Shown here: in pieces, positions 52,433-64,000 of the stretch | How the letters are laid out: the number at the start of each line of letters is the position of its first letter | Numbering within the stretch: position 1 is the stretch's first letter | Source of the DNA: Chiloscyllium plagiosum | Taxonomy: Eukaryota | Length of the DNA: 64,000 bases | Assembly: GCF_004010195.1 (NCBI RefSeq) | Contig: NC_057713.1 | Location: 13,145,940-13,209,939 of the forward strand | Direction: 5' to 3' | Notes under the pieces: generated by a model | What the model was told of the DNA's origin: nothing | What the model saw: the letters and a program-made list of their open reading frames with translations, nothing else | Database searches by the model: none | Program-made: the position numbers and the translations under genes

Positions 52433-54240
52433 ACTCATGGGTGTATTGTAGAGTGAAAGTGATCTCATTAAAACAGAAAAACATTCTGACAGGTTTCCAC
52501 CAGAGAGTCGCTGAGAGAATGATTCCTTTTACATGTGAGCCCAGAACCAGGCAGCACTATTTCAGAACAGGGATCTCCCTTTTAATATGGAGATGAAGTG
52601 GAATTTCTTCTGAGGGCTGTTAAACTTTGTAATTCTCTACTCCAAAGAACAGTGGTGGCTGGTCATGTTTAAGACTCAGACAGAATTTTAGTCTACAAAG
52701 GAGTCGGGGTCTGGGGCAGGCAGGAAGTGCTGTTGAGGCTACAATCAGATCAGCCATGAACTTGGGTGAAGCAGATTTGAAAGACCAAATAGTTTACATC
52801 TTCCATTTATTATGTTCTTCGTTTTGATGTAATTTTTGAAAAAAGACATGCACTTTTATAGAATGTTTCATGCCCACATCTCAAAGTGCGTTACAGCCAG
52901 TAAATTCCTTGTGAAGTGTAATCACTTCTAATGTAGATAATGTGTCCAAATTGTGCACAGCAAGATACCTCAAGCAGCATGTTATAATCAAATACAGTAA
53001 TCTGTTTTTGTGATGTTGATTGAGGAATGAACTAGCCAAGACACTGAGGATAACCCCCTTGCTCTTCAGAATACTGCTGCAGGATAAGATCATAACAAGT
53101 AGGAACAGGAGGAGGCTGTTGGGCCATTCAATAGGAACATGGCTGATCCGACACTCATAGCTTCCACTTTTCTGCCTTTTCCCCAGAATCCTTGATTCCA
53201 CAACTGAGCAAGAATCTATTTATCCTAACCTTAAAGAGACACAAGGATGCCTCCCACCCAAGCTCTCTGGCAAGAATAAATTCCTCCTTATCATTTTTAA
53301 ATTGGCATTACTATTCTGAGGCTATACCCTCTGGTCTTCTCACCCAGGAGGGGAAACATCGTCTCAGCATTCATCCTGTCAAGCCCCTTAACAATCCTAC
53401 ATATCTCAGTGAGATCACCTCTCATTCTTCTAAACTCCAATGAGTAGAGTCCAACCTGATTTAGCTTTGCTCATAAGACAGTCCATCCATACCAGGGATC
53501 ATCTATTATCTTTCAGATAGATCTAACAAAGCTTTTCACTGTGTCCCAGTACACGTGACAATAAATTCAACTCAATTCATAGAGTCCTAGAACTATACAG
53601 CATGGATGAAAGGTCACCATGTAGAGCCTCTTCAGTACTGCATTGGAGCATCAGATTTGATTTTTTCATTCCAGAGCTGGACCACAACGTAAATCCAGAA
53701 TCTCGTGATATAGGGCAGGAGTGCTACTAACGGAGCCACAGCTGACAATCACTACTTTCACGATTCTTAATTTTGTTCATCTTTGATCTAGTGAGCAAAA
53801 TGTGAAGCTCATACAACAGGGACTGCTTGCGAATGTGCCATTTTTATAATATTGCTGACTGGAAGTCATGGAATATAGTGCTTTATTGTTAAATTACATA
53901 CCCCGGTGTAATCCGATAAAGTAGAGGTGTGAGTGCTTAATACAGAAACTGATGCAGGGTGCTGGCACGTGTAGAACCAGTGTAACGTTCTAGCAAATTA
54001 TTCAGACTACCTGTGTGCTTCCACCCAAAATAAAATTAGCTACCCATTTTAATCCAATTTTCTAGCACCTGGTCCATAGCCTTGCAGGTTACAACACTTC
54101 ATCTTCAGATTCAGGTGCCTTTTCCATGAGTGAAGGGCTTCTGACTCGGCAACCAAATGGTGCAGAGATTCTCTTGTGTTTTGAAAGTGACAGGGAATAC
54201 AGGCTGTGGCAGCATTGGGGTGCAAGGCATGGAGTATCAA

Positions 54241-56068
54241 GAGGAGAATCCAAAGGGTGATTACAAATAAAGTAAGGACAAAAGGGTAACTAGGGAGAGA
54301 ATAGGGCCCCTCAAAGATCAGCAAGGCAGCCTTTGTGTGGAGCCACAGAAAATGGGGGAGATAATAAATGAATATTTTGCATCAGTATTTACTATGGAAA
54401 AGGATATGGAAGATAGAGACTGTAGGGAAATAGATGGTGACATCTTGCAAAATGTCCAGATTACAGAGGAGGAAGTGCTGGATGTATTGAACAGTTAAAA
54501 GTGGATAAATCCCCAGGACCTGATCAGGTGTACCCGAGAACTCTGTGGGAAGCTAGAGTAGGGATTGCTGGGCCTCTTGCTGAGATATTTGTATCATCGA
54601 TAGTCACAGGTGAAGTGTCGGAAGACTGGAGGTTGGGAAACATGGTGCCAATGTTTAAGAAGGGCGGTAAAGACAAACCAGGGAACTATAGACCAGTCAG
54701 CCGGACGTCGGTGGTGGGCAAGTTGTTGGAGGGAATCCTGAGGGACAGGATGTACATGTATTTGGAAAGGCAAGGACTGATTAGGGATAGTCAGCATGGC
54801 TTTGTGCGTGGGAAATCATGTCTCACAAACTTGATTGAGTTTTTTGAAGAAGTAACAAAGAAGATTGATGAGGGCAGAGCAGTAGAAGTGATCTATATGG
54901 ACTTCAGCAAGGCATTCGACAAGGTTCCCCATGGGAGACTGATTAGCAAGGTTAGATCTCATGGAATACAAGGAGAACTAGCCATTTGGATGCAGAACTG
55001 GCTCAAAGTAGAAGACAAAGTAGGTGGTGGTGGAGGGTGGTTTTTCAGACTGGAGGCCTGTGACCAGTGGAGTGCCACAAGGATCGGTGCTGGGCTCTCT
55101 ACTTTTTGTCATTTGCATAAATGATTTGGATGCGAGCATAAGTACAGTTAGTAAGTTTGCAGATGACACCAAAATTGGAGGTGTAGTGGACAGCGAAGAG
55201 GGTTACCTCAGATTACAACAGGATCTGGACCAGATGGGCCAATGGGCTGAGAAGTGGCAGATGGAGTTTAATTCAGATAAATGTGAGGTTCTGCATTTTG
55301 GGAAAGCCAATCTTAGCAGGACTTATACACTTAATGGTAAGGTCCTAGGGAGTGTTGCTGAACAAAGAGACCTTGGAGTGCAGGTTCATACCTCCTTGAA
55401 AGTGGAGTCGCAGGTAGATAGTATAGTGAAGGCAGCATTTTGTATGCTTTCCTTTATTGCTCAGAGTATTGAGTACAGGAGTTGGGAGGTCATGTTGCGG
55501 CTGTACAGGACATTGGTTAGGCCACTGTTGGAATATTGCACGCAATTCTGGTCTTCCTATTAGAAAGATGTTGTGAAACCTGAAAGGATTCAGAAGCGAT
55601 TTACAAGGATGTTGCCAGTGTTGGAGGATCTGAGCTACAGGGAGAGGCTGAACAGGCTGGGACTGTTTTCCCTGGAGCGTCGGAAACTGAGGGGTGACCT
55701 TATAGAGGTTTACAAAATTATGAGGGACATGGATAAGATAAATAGACAAAGTCTTTTCCTAGGGTTGGGGAGTCCAGAACTAGAGGGCACAGGTTTAGGG
55801 TGAGGGGAAAGATATAAAAGAGACCTAAGGGGCAACTTTTTCACGCAGAGGGTGGTACGTGTATGGAATGAGCTACCAGAGGATGTGGTGGAGGCTGGTA
55901 CAATTGCAACATTTAAGAGGCATTTGGATGGGTATATGAATAGGAAGGGTTTGGAGGGATATGGGCCGGGTGCTGGCAGGTGGGACTAGATTGGGTTGGG
56001 ATATCTGGTCAGCATGGACGAGTTGGACCAAAGGGTCTGTTTCCATGCTGTACATCTTTATGACTCTA
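54241..56068 (+). mobile_element. 5'-truncated CR1 LINE, relatively young, with frameshifted RT
   Basis: KSPGPD, GNYRPVS, SQHGF, YMDFSKAFDKVPH, SGVPQGSVLG, FADDTK, LVRPLLEYC; 3' end ...TATGACTCTA. Confidence 0.95.
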
Positions 56069-56958
56069 CGTGGAGGAAGGTGTTTGAAGCAGAGGGAGTT
56101 GGTGAAGGGTTGGATTCTGGCAGCAGGGATTTGGCGGGAGATGGTGAGTCGTGGGGACAGAGGGTTTATTGAGTCCCAGTGGCAAGTGAGTGGGGTGATG
56201 TGGGAATGGGGCAGCATGTGTCTTTGGGGATGGGGGTGTGACAAGTGGAGAGAGGAGGGATATTGGATCTCAGGGAAGGTGAAGGTATCTAGGCTTGGGA
56301 CAAAGGGGAGATGATTGTCTCTTTCCAGGGGAAGAAGGGTGTTTGAGCAGCTGGTGTGATTTAGTTGGTTAGTTGTGGGATAGGTTGGAGGCTCTTTGCT
56401 GGGCAATTCCCTCAATGTTTGCTATGACTAGGAGTCCTGCAGTGTCCCACAGCACAAATCCGATCTGTGTTACAGAAATGATGATATAGCCATTTAAAAG
56501 CCTGTGCTCATGTGTCTCCCAACTCCTGTCAATTGGTGTCCACTTTTTCCACTGGGACCATAGATTCTTTTCTGATAGAGAGTTCTTCATTGATTGGTAC
56601 AGATAATACATGCACGAATGAGGTGCCAGTGGGCCACACGGACCAGCAATTAGACATTCCTTCTCAAAAATGTGATAGTGACTGAATAGTGATAGACAAT
56701 CTGCACTGACTGTGCCACTTCTTTTGTACATTGATGTTTCCATAGAACAGCTCATGTTGAGTCAGAGCTTGTGCTACTGTAATAGTGTGGGAGTTGCTGG
56801 GAGATCATGGTTCTACCCAAGTACAGTGAGTATTTGATTGCTTTCTGTAAAATAAATGGGCAGTTTGCAAATAAGCAGTTCATAGGGGACAAATAAGTCT
56901 GTTTTATAAACAGTAAGTGTAGAAATCACTTAGGTGTAATTGTTACCTCCTTCAGCTA

Positions 56959-57156
56959 AGTTAAAAATCGCACACCAGGTTATAGTCCAATAGGTTTATT
57001 TGGAAGTACAGGCTTTCAAAGTACAGCTCCTTAGTCAGGTAGCTACACTACAAAAGCCTGTACTTCCAAATAAACCTGTTGGACTATAACCTGGTGTTGT
57101 GCGATTTTTAACTTTATCCATCCCATTCCAACACCAGCACCTCAACATCATGGCTG
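56959..57156. mobile_element. Fold-back PLE pLTR element, family B
   Basis: Inverted AAAAATCGCAC..CCAGGTTATAGTCCAA arms plus tail; CTTCAGCTA on both flanks. Confidence 0.8.
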
Positions 57157-58399
57157 CTTCAGCTAGCACAGTGATACCTCTGCAAATAATATTAACTCAA
57201 ATCCCAGATATTGCAGAGAGCTAAAGTCCTCAAGTTACTGAAAGTACAGAAATGTAACACTATTTCTGAACAATTTTCATCTTTTTTTTGTAAAAGATAT
57301 CAAATTGGATTGTCTTACAGACTGTAAAGAGATGTTTCTTACAGCAGCCGCCAAAGCTGTATTTGGTCTCTGTCATGTCAAGGAGACTGCAATGCTAAAT
57401 ATTGTGACTGAAAGAAGTACAAATGGTTTGCTGTTTCATCTAAATGGAATATTTTGGGCCACGGAGGGTGAAGGTAAAAGAGCAGATGTTTAACCTGCAC
57501 TTGCCTGTTGAGGTGATTGAGAAATGGACCAGGGAATTCAGAGGGAACAGTCCTTTCAGAATACTTAAAGAGCAAGGAACGTGAAGGTGTGTTCGCAAGA
57601 AAATGATCCACCGAACAGGAGGCTAGTGGACTTGAAGATGAAAACAAAGGGAGCCCTGTTATAGATCTGAATGGGGAGAGGGGGCTGTGTTGAGAGTGGA
57701 AGTGCAGGAAATGGAACAGTCATGACACTGTCAGTCTCAGTGGAAGAAAGACTGGTTGAAGAAAAAAAGAATGAATATCAAAAGCAATTGTAATGGAAGC
57801 AAGCGAAGCTCCCCAAATCCTGAAAGACTTGAACCCAGAGATTGTGATGCAGATGTACAGATGTTCCATTGTGCCGTGATGTTCAGGCAGTGATAGGAGC
57901 ACTGTCTGGCACCAATGCCAATGCTTTTGCATCTCAGTATTGATGCTTATCACCCTTCTCCTCCATTAAAGTATGAGCATAATCAGCAAAGCTGGTTTCT
58001 GACCTTACCCTCTGGAGAATTGGCACATAAATCCTGCTTTCTTCTTGGCTTGTCTGCTGCCCAGTAATGCCCAATGGCCGAACATGTTAATGGGTACCCT
58101 ATGCAACTCGTTAAAGTTTATGTGGCACAGTATCTGAGCTAATGACTGAGTTTGCCAAGTAAAGTGATAGTGTGTGTTTATTCATGCATTCTCCATGGCT
58201 GAGCAGGCCCTGTACTTGGCTATCTGAGAGTAGAAAATGCGAAGGGAAAGGCTCATTTGAAGGAAATGGATGAGTTGGAAAACAAGAGGTCATCTGCAGG
58301 TTTCCAGAAAGCTGGATGAAATGGGAGTTGAGATGGTGTACACTGTCATCCAAAATGTTCCTGCTGATGCTGGAAACAATTGATTCTGTTACTGCTGAA

Positions 58400-58900
58400 G
58401 ACATAACATGGAGTGCCATCTCTTTGACAGGGCTCAGCGATTGTAGGTTCGCCTGTTCCCTAGTGTTTCTGTTTAAAGATACTCTCCCTGATCTTGACCA
58501 CCTGTATAAGCTTATTGAAACTGTTGTGGTGCTGTTGGCATGTCCTTGGTACCAGCTCCTTGAAATGACCTCCTCCTGCAATTTGCTCGCATTCCCTTTG
58601 GAGGTCGTTCATTGAGGGCTTCCTGACACCCCTTCCTCCTGCATCTTTTCCTCCCAGTGCCGTGCATTTCTAAAAACCCTGGTGTTTCCTTTTACTGGGC
58701 GCCCTCATGTCTGCCCTACAGCTCAATCTCCTTTATTTACAATTGCTTTCTCTCATTCCACTCGGCAGCAACTTGCTCTGAGTCAGTGTAGCTCCCCTTT
58801 AAGAGAGGTAGGATATATCCTCGAGAAGTGGATCCCTGCATTCCCCTCGCTTTCTATGAGCCTCGCTGTTGATTCTCACTGAATGGCTGCAATCAAGGGG
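58400..58900 (-). mobile_element. Possible decayed PIF/Harbinger Myb/SANT-protein gene
   Basis: Frameshifted EQIA.EV.SR.LVPRTCQQ...FNKL reads like a Harbinger Myb/SANT helix. Confidence 0.35.
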
Positions 58901-59409
58901 GAGGTGGGTGTGAAGTTTGTGAACAGTCTGCCCGGATTGGAGCACATATTAGGGGAGGGGGGTGGGGGCGAGATTGTGGGAAAACGTGTGCAGATCAATG
59001 TTCAGACCAGAGTCCGTGAGTTCGGAGAAATAAACCAAGCGTAAAGGAAATGCAGTTTCATTCTTACACCAGCCAAAATCCCTAAACGCCAAATGAACGA
59101 AAGGAGGTGACAAAATAAATCGACTGTGACTGTGAGTCTTTTGTAATATATTGGGGGTTTCTTTGCACACCGAATCTGGACGGATCACCCCAAACCTCTT
59201 CAAGTTCATTTCGTCTTTGCTTTGCTTTGCATTTTAGCAAACTTGATTCTTATCCCGTTGCAAGGGATTTGCTTTAATCCGTGTGATTTAATTTGAATTG
59301 AATGGTGCGTGGGAGAGAGAGAGAAGGGGGCGAGGAAGGCAGGCAGAGAGCGGAGCCAGCGCCGGCCTTGCTGGGTGCTCTGTCCCAGAGTGGAGTTGGT
59401 CACCGAGTG

Positions 59410-59681
59410 ATGTTCGGGCTGTCTATCCATCCCATATGGACTCGGACATTGGTGAGGAGGTGGCTGCACCAGGAGGTGCTGCTGTGGCCCTTCCTCAAGC
59501 TGCTGGCTCTGGGGACCGTGGTGGCCTTGTTCTGTGAGCTGGGCATTTACTATGCAGTGATCCTGAGATGTGACTGGCCTCCGCTTCGAGGATCATCCGC
59601 ACCAGTGCTGAAGGCTTTGTTTCTGGCTGACACACATCTCCTGGGAGCTCTGAGAGGACACTGGTTCGACAAACTGAGGAG
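59410..59681 (+). CDS. MPPE1: Metallophosphoesterase 1 (PGAP5), first coding exon; gene continues beyond window end
   Basis: TM segment followed by [12 protein letters not shown] and [23 protein letters not shown], then AG|GTGAGG donor (phase 2). Head-to-head neighbour of IMPA2, as in human 18p11.21. Confidence 0.93.
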
Positions 59682-59852
59682 GTGAGGCGCACACACACGC
59701 AGTGAAATCAAACGTGCCAAATTTCAATTTTATATCAAAGGCTGGCCAGAGAGGATCAAAAAGTTCAGACCTTGAGTTTGAACCCCCTTTGCTGAAGTTG
59801 TGCGTTCCAATGGTCGGAAATGTGCCTGGCTTCAATCTTGATTAACAAGCTT

Positions 59853-60081
59853 TGTTGCCAGGGTTGGGGGATTTGAGCTATAGGGAGAGGCTGAACAGGC
59901 TGGGGCTGTTTTCCCTGGAGCGTCGGGGGCTGAGGGGTGACCTTATAGAGGTTTACAAAATTATGAGGGGCATTGATAGGATAAATAGACAAAGTCTTTT
60001 CCCTGGGGTGGGGGAGTCCAGAACTAGAGGGCATAGGTTTAGGGTGAGAGGGGAAAGATATAAAAGGGACCTAAGGGGCAA
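59853..60081 (+). mobile_element. CR1 3' fragment running into an assembly gap
   Basis: LPGLGDLSYRERLNRLGLFSLERR. Confidence 0.88.
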
Positions 60082-60187
60082 NNNNNNNNNNNNNNNNNNN
60101 NNNNNNNNNNNNNNNNNNNNNNNNNNNNNNNNNNNNNNNNNNNNNNNNNNNNNNNNNNNNNNNNNNNNNNNNNNNNNNNNNNNNNNN
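60082..60187. other. Assembly gap (106 N)
   Basis: Run of N. Confidence 1.
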
Positions 60188-61559
60188 AAGAAGGGCTTAT
60201 GCCCAAAACGTCGATTCTCCTGTTCCTTGGATGCTGCCTGACCTGCTGCGCTTTTCCAGCAACACATTTTCAGCTCTGATCTCCAGCATCTGCAGTCCTC
60301 ACTTTCTCCTTCAAATCCTCACCCCCCCCACCACTACAGATGGTGAAATTTGAATTCAGTTTAAAAGGGAATAAGTAGCTCATCTAATTGCCATGTTCAT
60401 TGGAGTAAAGAAAAAGACATTAGTTCATTACTAGAGAAGGAAATCTGCCAACCTTACCTGGTCTGGTCAGGTCTGCATGTGACTCCAGACCCACAGCAAC
60501 GTCTCTTAGTTGCCCTGAAGAGAGGCAATAAATACTGGCCTAGTTAGTGACATCCACATCGCATACACAAATCAAAAAGGTCAGAAGTCACACAACACCA
60601 GGTTATAGCCCAACAGTTTCGTTTGAAATCACAAAGGTTTTGGAATGCTGTTCCTTTATCAAGTGACTTTGTCCACCCCAGTCAACACCAGCACCTCCAC
60701 ATCATGAACGAAAAAAAAAATTGTTAAGAAGAAACAGCAAGGGTCAGATGCTGCACAGAAAAGGTATGGAAATGAGAAGCAGATTGCTGTTCCTGCATTA
60801 AATACAGATGGAGATGTTTTAATTTATGTAGACTGTTGGAGCTAAGGAATGTCATGTCAGCCATAGGAAAGAGCCAATGAGTGGCGAACTCAGAAGATAT
60901 TATTAAACTGGAGTTTACTGGTGGAAATGAACCTGCAAACTGACATGAACATATTGATTGTTGATCACAGTGTATTCCCTCACAGCAGGTGGTGTGGGGG
61001 TGGGGTTAGGGTTTCCATTAGTAACATAAATGCATTTTGGTCAGAGTCAGGAAACTTTTAATGGAAGTTTACACCCAAAACTATTTGCTGCCTGGTTTCT
61101 ACCATTTGACAGAACTGGTCATATTCTCAGGCTCACTTTGTGGATTTACCCTAGTTCAAATTGTGATCATTTCCTGAGACACACAGGAAGTAGTCAGCAC
61201 ATTTTGGAATTCATTTCATTCCCCCAAAAAAGAAACTGACTCTAAAGGAGCACTGTTTTCTCCCTCTATAACGTTGCTCAACTTTGCCTCCGTCTCAGCT
61301 CATCTGCTTCAGAAACCCTCATTGATGCCTTCAGACTTAACCGCTGGCTGGTTCACTTCATGCTTTCATTCCATAATGTATGCTGCATAACCTTGAGGTC
61401 ATCCAAAACTCTGCCAATGTCCAAACTCCCAGCAAGCTCCATTTCCTTGCCATTCATGCTAATTAAGTGCTGACCTATACTGGCTCCTGATCAACAAGTC
61501 CTTTGATTTTGAAAATCTCATTTTGTTTTTGAAAAGATTTGTAATCATATAACCATTCT

Positions 61560-61805
61560 AGTACAGGCTAAACAGAGACCCGTGTGAGAATTCCTTGAAG
61601 CCTGGTACTCTGCACCTTGAACTGGACCCCATATACAAACCACTCAGATACAGAACAGGAAGTACCCAAAACAGAGGTGCATAAATAGCAGGCGGGGGCA
61701 GACCACCAACACCGTATCGAAGACGCACTGATGATACCACCTAGCGAGGCGATGAAATGTCTGCAGAAAACCACACCAGCTCGGCAAACAAATCTACAAC
61801 CTAAT
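61560..61805 (+). mobile_element. Penelope (Poseidon-type) 3' fragment with decayed hammerhead core
   Basis: QAKQR..EFLEAWYS and LDPIYKPLR remnants; CTGATGA at 61728-61734 followed by GAAATGTC. Confidence 0.72.
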
Positions 61806-63321
61806 CTCATCTTGTTTGAACGATCTATGTTAACAATGCCAGCAACCACCCCCACCCTCAACCGAGGTTAATGGGGGAATAATCATACCTTGTTTCGCTA
61901 ACGTGGTCATTGTTGGGCATGGATAAGGCATCTCATATCACATTCATTGATTCAGGGTTTAGCAGGTTTGATGTCTGCACCCAGAGGGCATTGCTGACAG
62001 AGATCACTGTTTGCCAGCCCATTATAGAAACAGAGTGCTATAGGCAGCTGGTGCTTCTCCACAGTGATGATTCCATAGCTCACACAGTGTGGATCTCGAC
62101 ACAAATCAGTCATTTAAATGCATTACTGATATTTCTTGACTATCCTATCGCTATAAATAGTTGCATGGGGTAACTTATTTAGAAAGATCCCTCTGTTTTA
62201 GAGAAAAGCTAATGTACTTTGACCAGGTACTGGACAAGATTTGAAACCCAGTTAATAGCACTCGCAGGCAAAGACCTTCTTCCAGTGTCGCTGGTGTCAT
62301 GCTTTGAAAAGCAACTTACATAATAAGAAATGGCTGCATTTTGACAGTTAGCTCAGAGAGAAAGCCTTGCATTTGTAAAGTGCCTTTCACAGCCTCAGTG
62401 CGCAAGCACTATATCGCTGATTAATTACTTCTGAAGTGCAGTAGCTATTGTAACGTAGGAAGCATGGTAACCAATTTGCACATAGCAAACGGCCACTAAC
62501 AGTAATCTGATAATGGCTGGATAATCTGTTTTTTATAATGACATTGACTTAAGGATAAATATTGGCTGGAATACTTATGCTATTGTGCAAATACCCCACC
62601 ATGGGACTTCTTTTACATACAACTGAGAGAGCAGAAGGGATTTGTGATGCATTCCCTCGGTACTCCACAGGAGAGTGTTATGCTGAGGGGAGTGAATGTT
62701 TAAACCTTTTAATTTAATACAATCCTGCAGACAGAATCTATCAGCCCACTTCATGTTTCCCACTGTTCTGTAGGCACGCCAGTGTGCGACACTGTTGGAG
62801 CTGCTGCTAAGGTTACTAACACAATCATGTTTAAATGTAGCAAACTACAGGGTCCAGTGTGCTGCGGAAGACCACTTCTAAAGAAGGGAAGAATCTCCCA
62901 AATCTCCTGTATTTAACAAAACCTATTGTATTCTTAACAGTTAATTACAGCCTACATTAGATATTGTACCAGAGACCTCCGGCGGGCTCACCCCTTTGTG
63001 ATCCTGAAATATTCTGCCCACAAATCCATACAACATCACCATCGTGGGTGGAACTTAAGGCAGTCCTCAGTATTAGACCCTTTCAGACACATACAACATC
63101 AGACCCTTAGTCCCAGCTGTTTGGAAGCTGCTAACTCTCCATTTTATTGCTGGTTTGCAGAATAATGTTTACCTTTTTAATTATTGACCTATTTTTCTAA
63201 TGAACCTGTTCAGACATGTTATTATACACCTCTGGAGCCGGTGGGACTTGAACCCAGACTTCTAGGTGCAGGGGTAGGGACACTTCCACTAAGCCACAAG
63301 AGGTCCCCTCATATTTACATC

Positions 63322-63989
63322 GAGTCACAAAGATGTACAGCCCGGAAACAGACCCTTCGGTCCAACTCATCCATGCCAACCAGATACCCTAATCTAATCT
63401 AGTCCAATTTGCCAGCGGTTGGCCCATATCCATCTAACCCCTTCCTATTCATAAACCCATCCAGATGTGTGCAATTCTGGTTTCCCTCCTATCGGAAAGA
63501 TGTTGTAAAACTTGAAAGGGTTCAGAAAAGATTTACAAGGATGTTGCCAGGGTTGGAGGATTTGAGCTATAAGAGAGACTGAATAGGCTGGGGCTGTTTT
63601 CCCTGGAGCATCAGAGGCTGAAGGGTGACCTTATAGAGGTTTATAAAATAATGAAGGGCATGGATAGGGTAAATAGACAAAGTCTTTTCCCAAGGTGGGG
63701 GAGTCCAGAACTAGAGGGCACATGTTCAGGGTGAGAGGGGAAAGATATCAAAGGGACCTAAGGGACAACTTTTCACACAGAGGGTGGTATGTGTATGGAA
63801 TGAGCTGCCAGAGGAAGTGGTGGAGGCTGGTACAATTACAGCATTTAAAAAGCATCTGAATGGGTATATGAATAGGAAGGATTTGGAGGGATATGGGCTG
63901 GGTGCTGGCAAGTGGGACTAGATTGGGTTGGGATATCTGGTTGGCATGGACGAGTTGGACCGAAGGGTCTGTACATCTCTATGACTCTA
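63322..63989. mobile_element. Back-to-back CR1 3' ends (minus 63322-63467, plus 63468-63989)
   Basis: Family tail at both outer ends. Confidence 0.85.
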
Positions 63990-64000
63990 AATTTTGTAAT

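Noticed and set aside
59302-59409. N-terminal extension of MPPE1 from the ATG at 59302
   Set aside because: Low-complexity and unlike MPPE1. More likely 5'UTR or intron (possible acceptor at 59387-59388), although it cannot be excluded.

Overview
Eukaryotic, repeat-rich vertebrate genomic DNA, very probably a shark (HE1/V-SINE-type SINEs, CR1 LINEs, Penelope-like elements). It has two assembly gaps (26369-26868 and 60082-60187). Three spliced genes can be read from the sequence. (1) IMPA2 coding exons 1-4 on the minus strand (25380 down to 4475; the rest lies left of the window). (2) The first coding exon of MPPE1 on the plus strand (59410-59681). (3) Between them, a complete 7-exon plus-strand gene (33174-47925, 255 aa) that the ORF track misses. 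It encodes a short coiled-coil protein ending in a CEP290-C-terminus-like motif (LKNELAGLDKGFFEEIEDLKY) and sits behind a GC-rich ~29-bp minisatellite. The other main signal is a dense population of Penelope-like-element (PLE) derivatives from three sequence families. They carry minimal hammerhead-ribozyme cores (CTGANGA-stem-GAAA), and many are short fold-back hairpins with a one-sided tail and 8-17 bp target-site duplications. All calls were made by eye; repeat boundaries are approximate.
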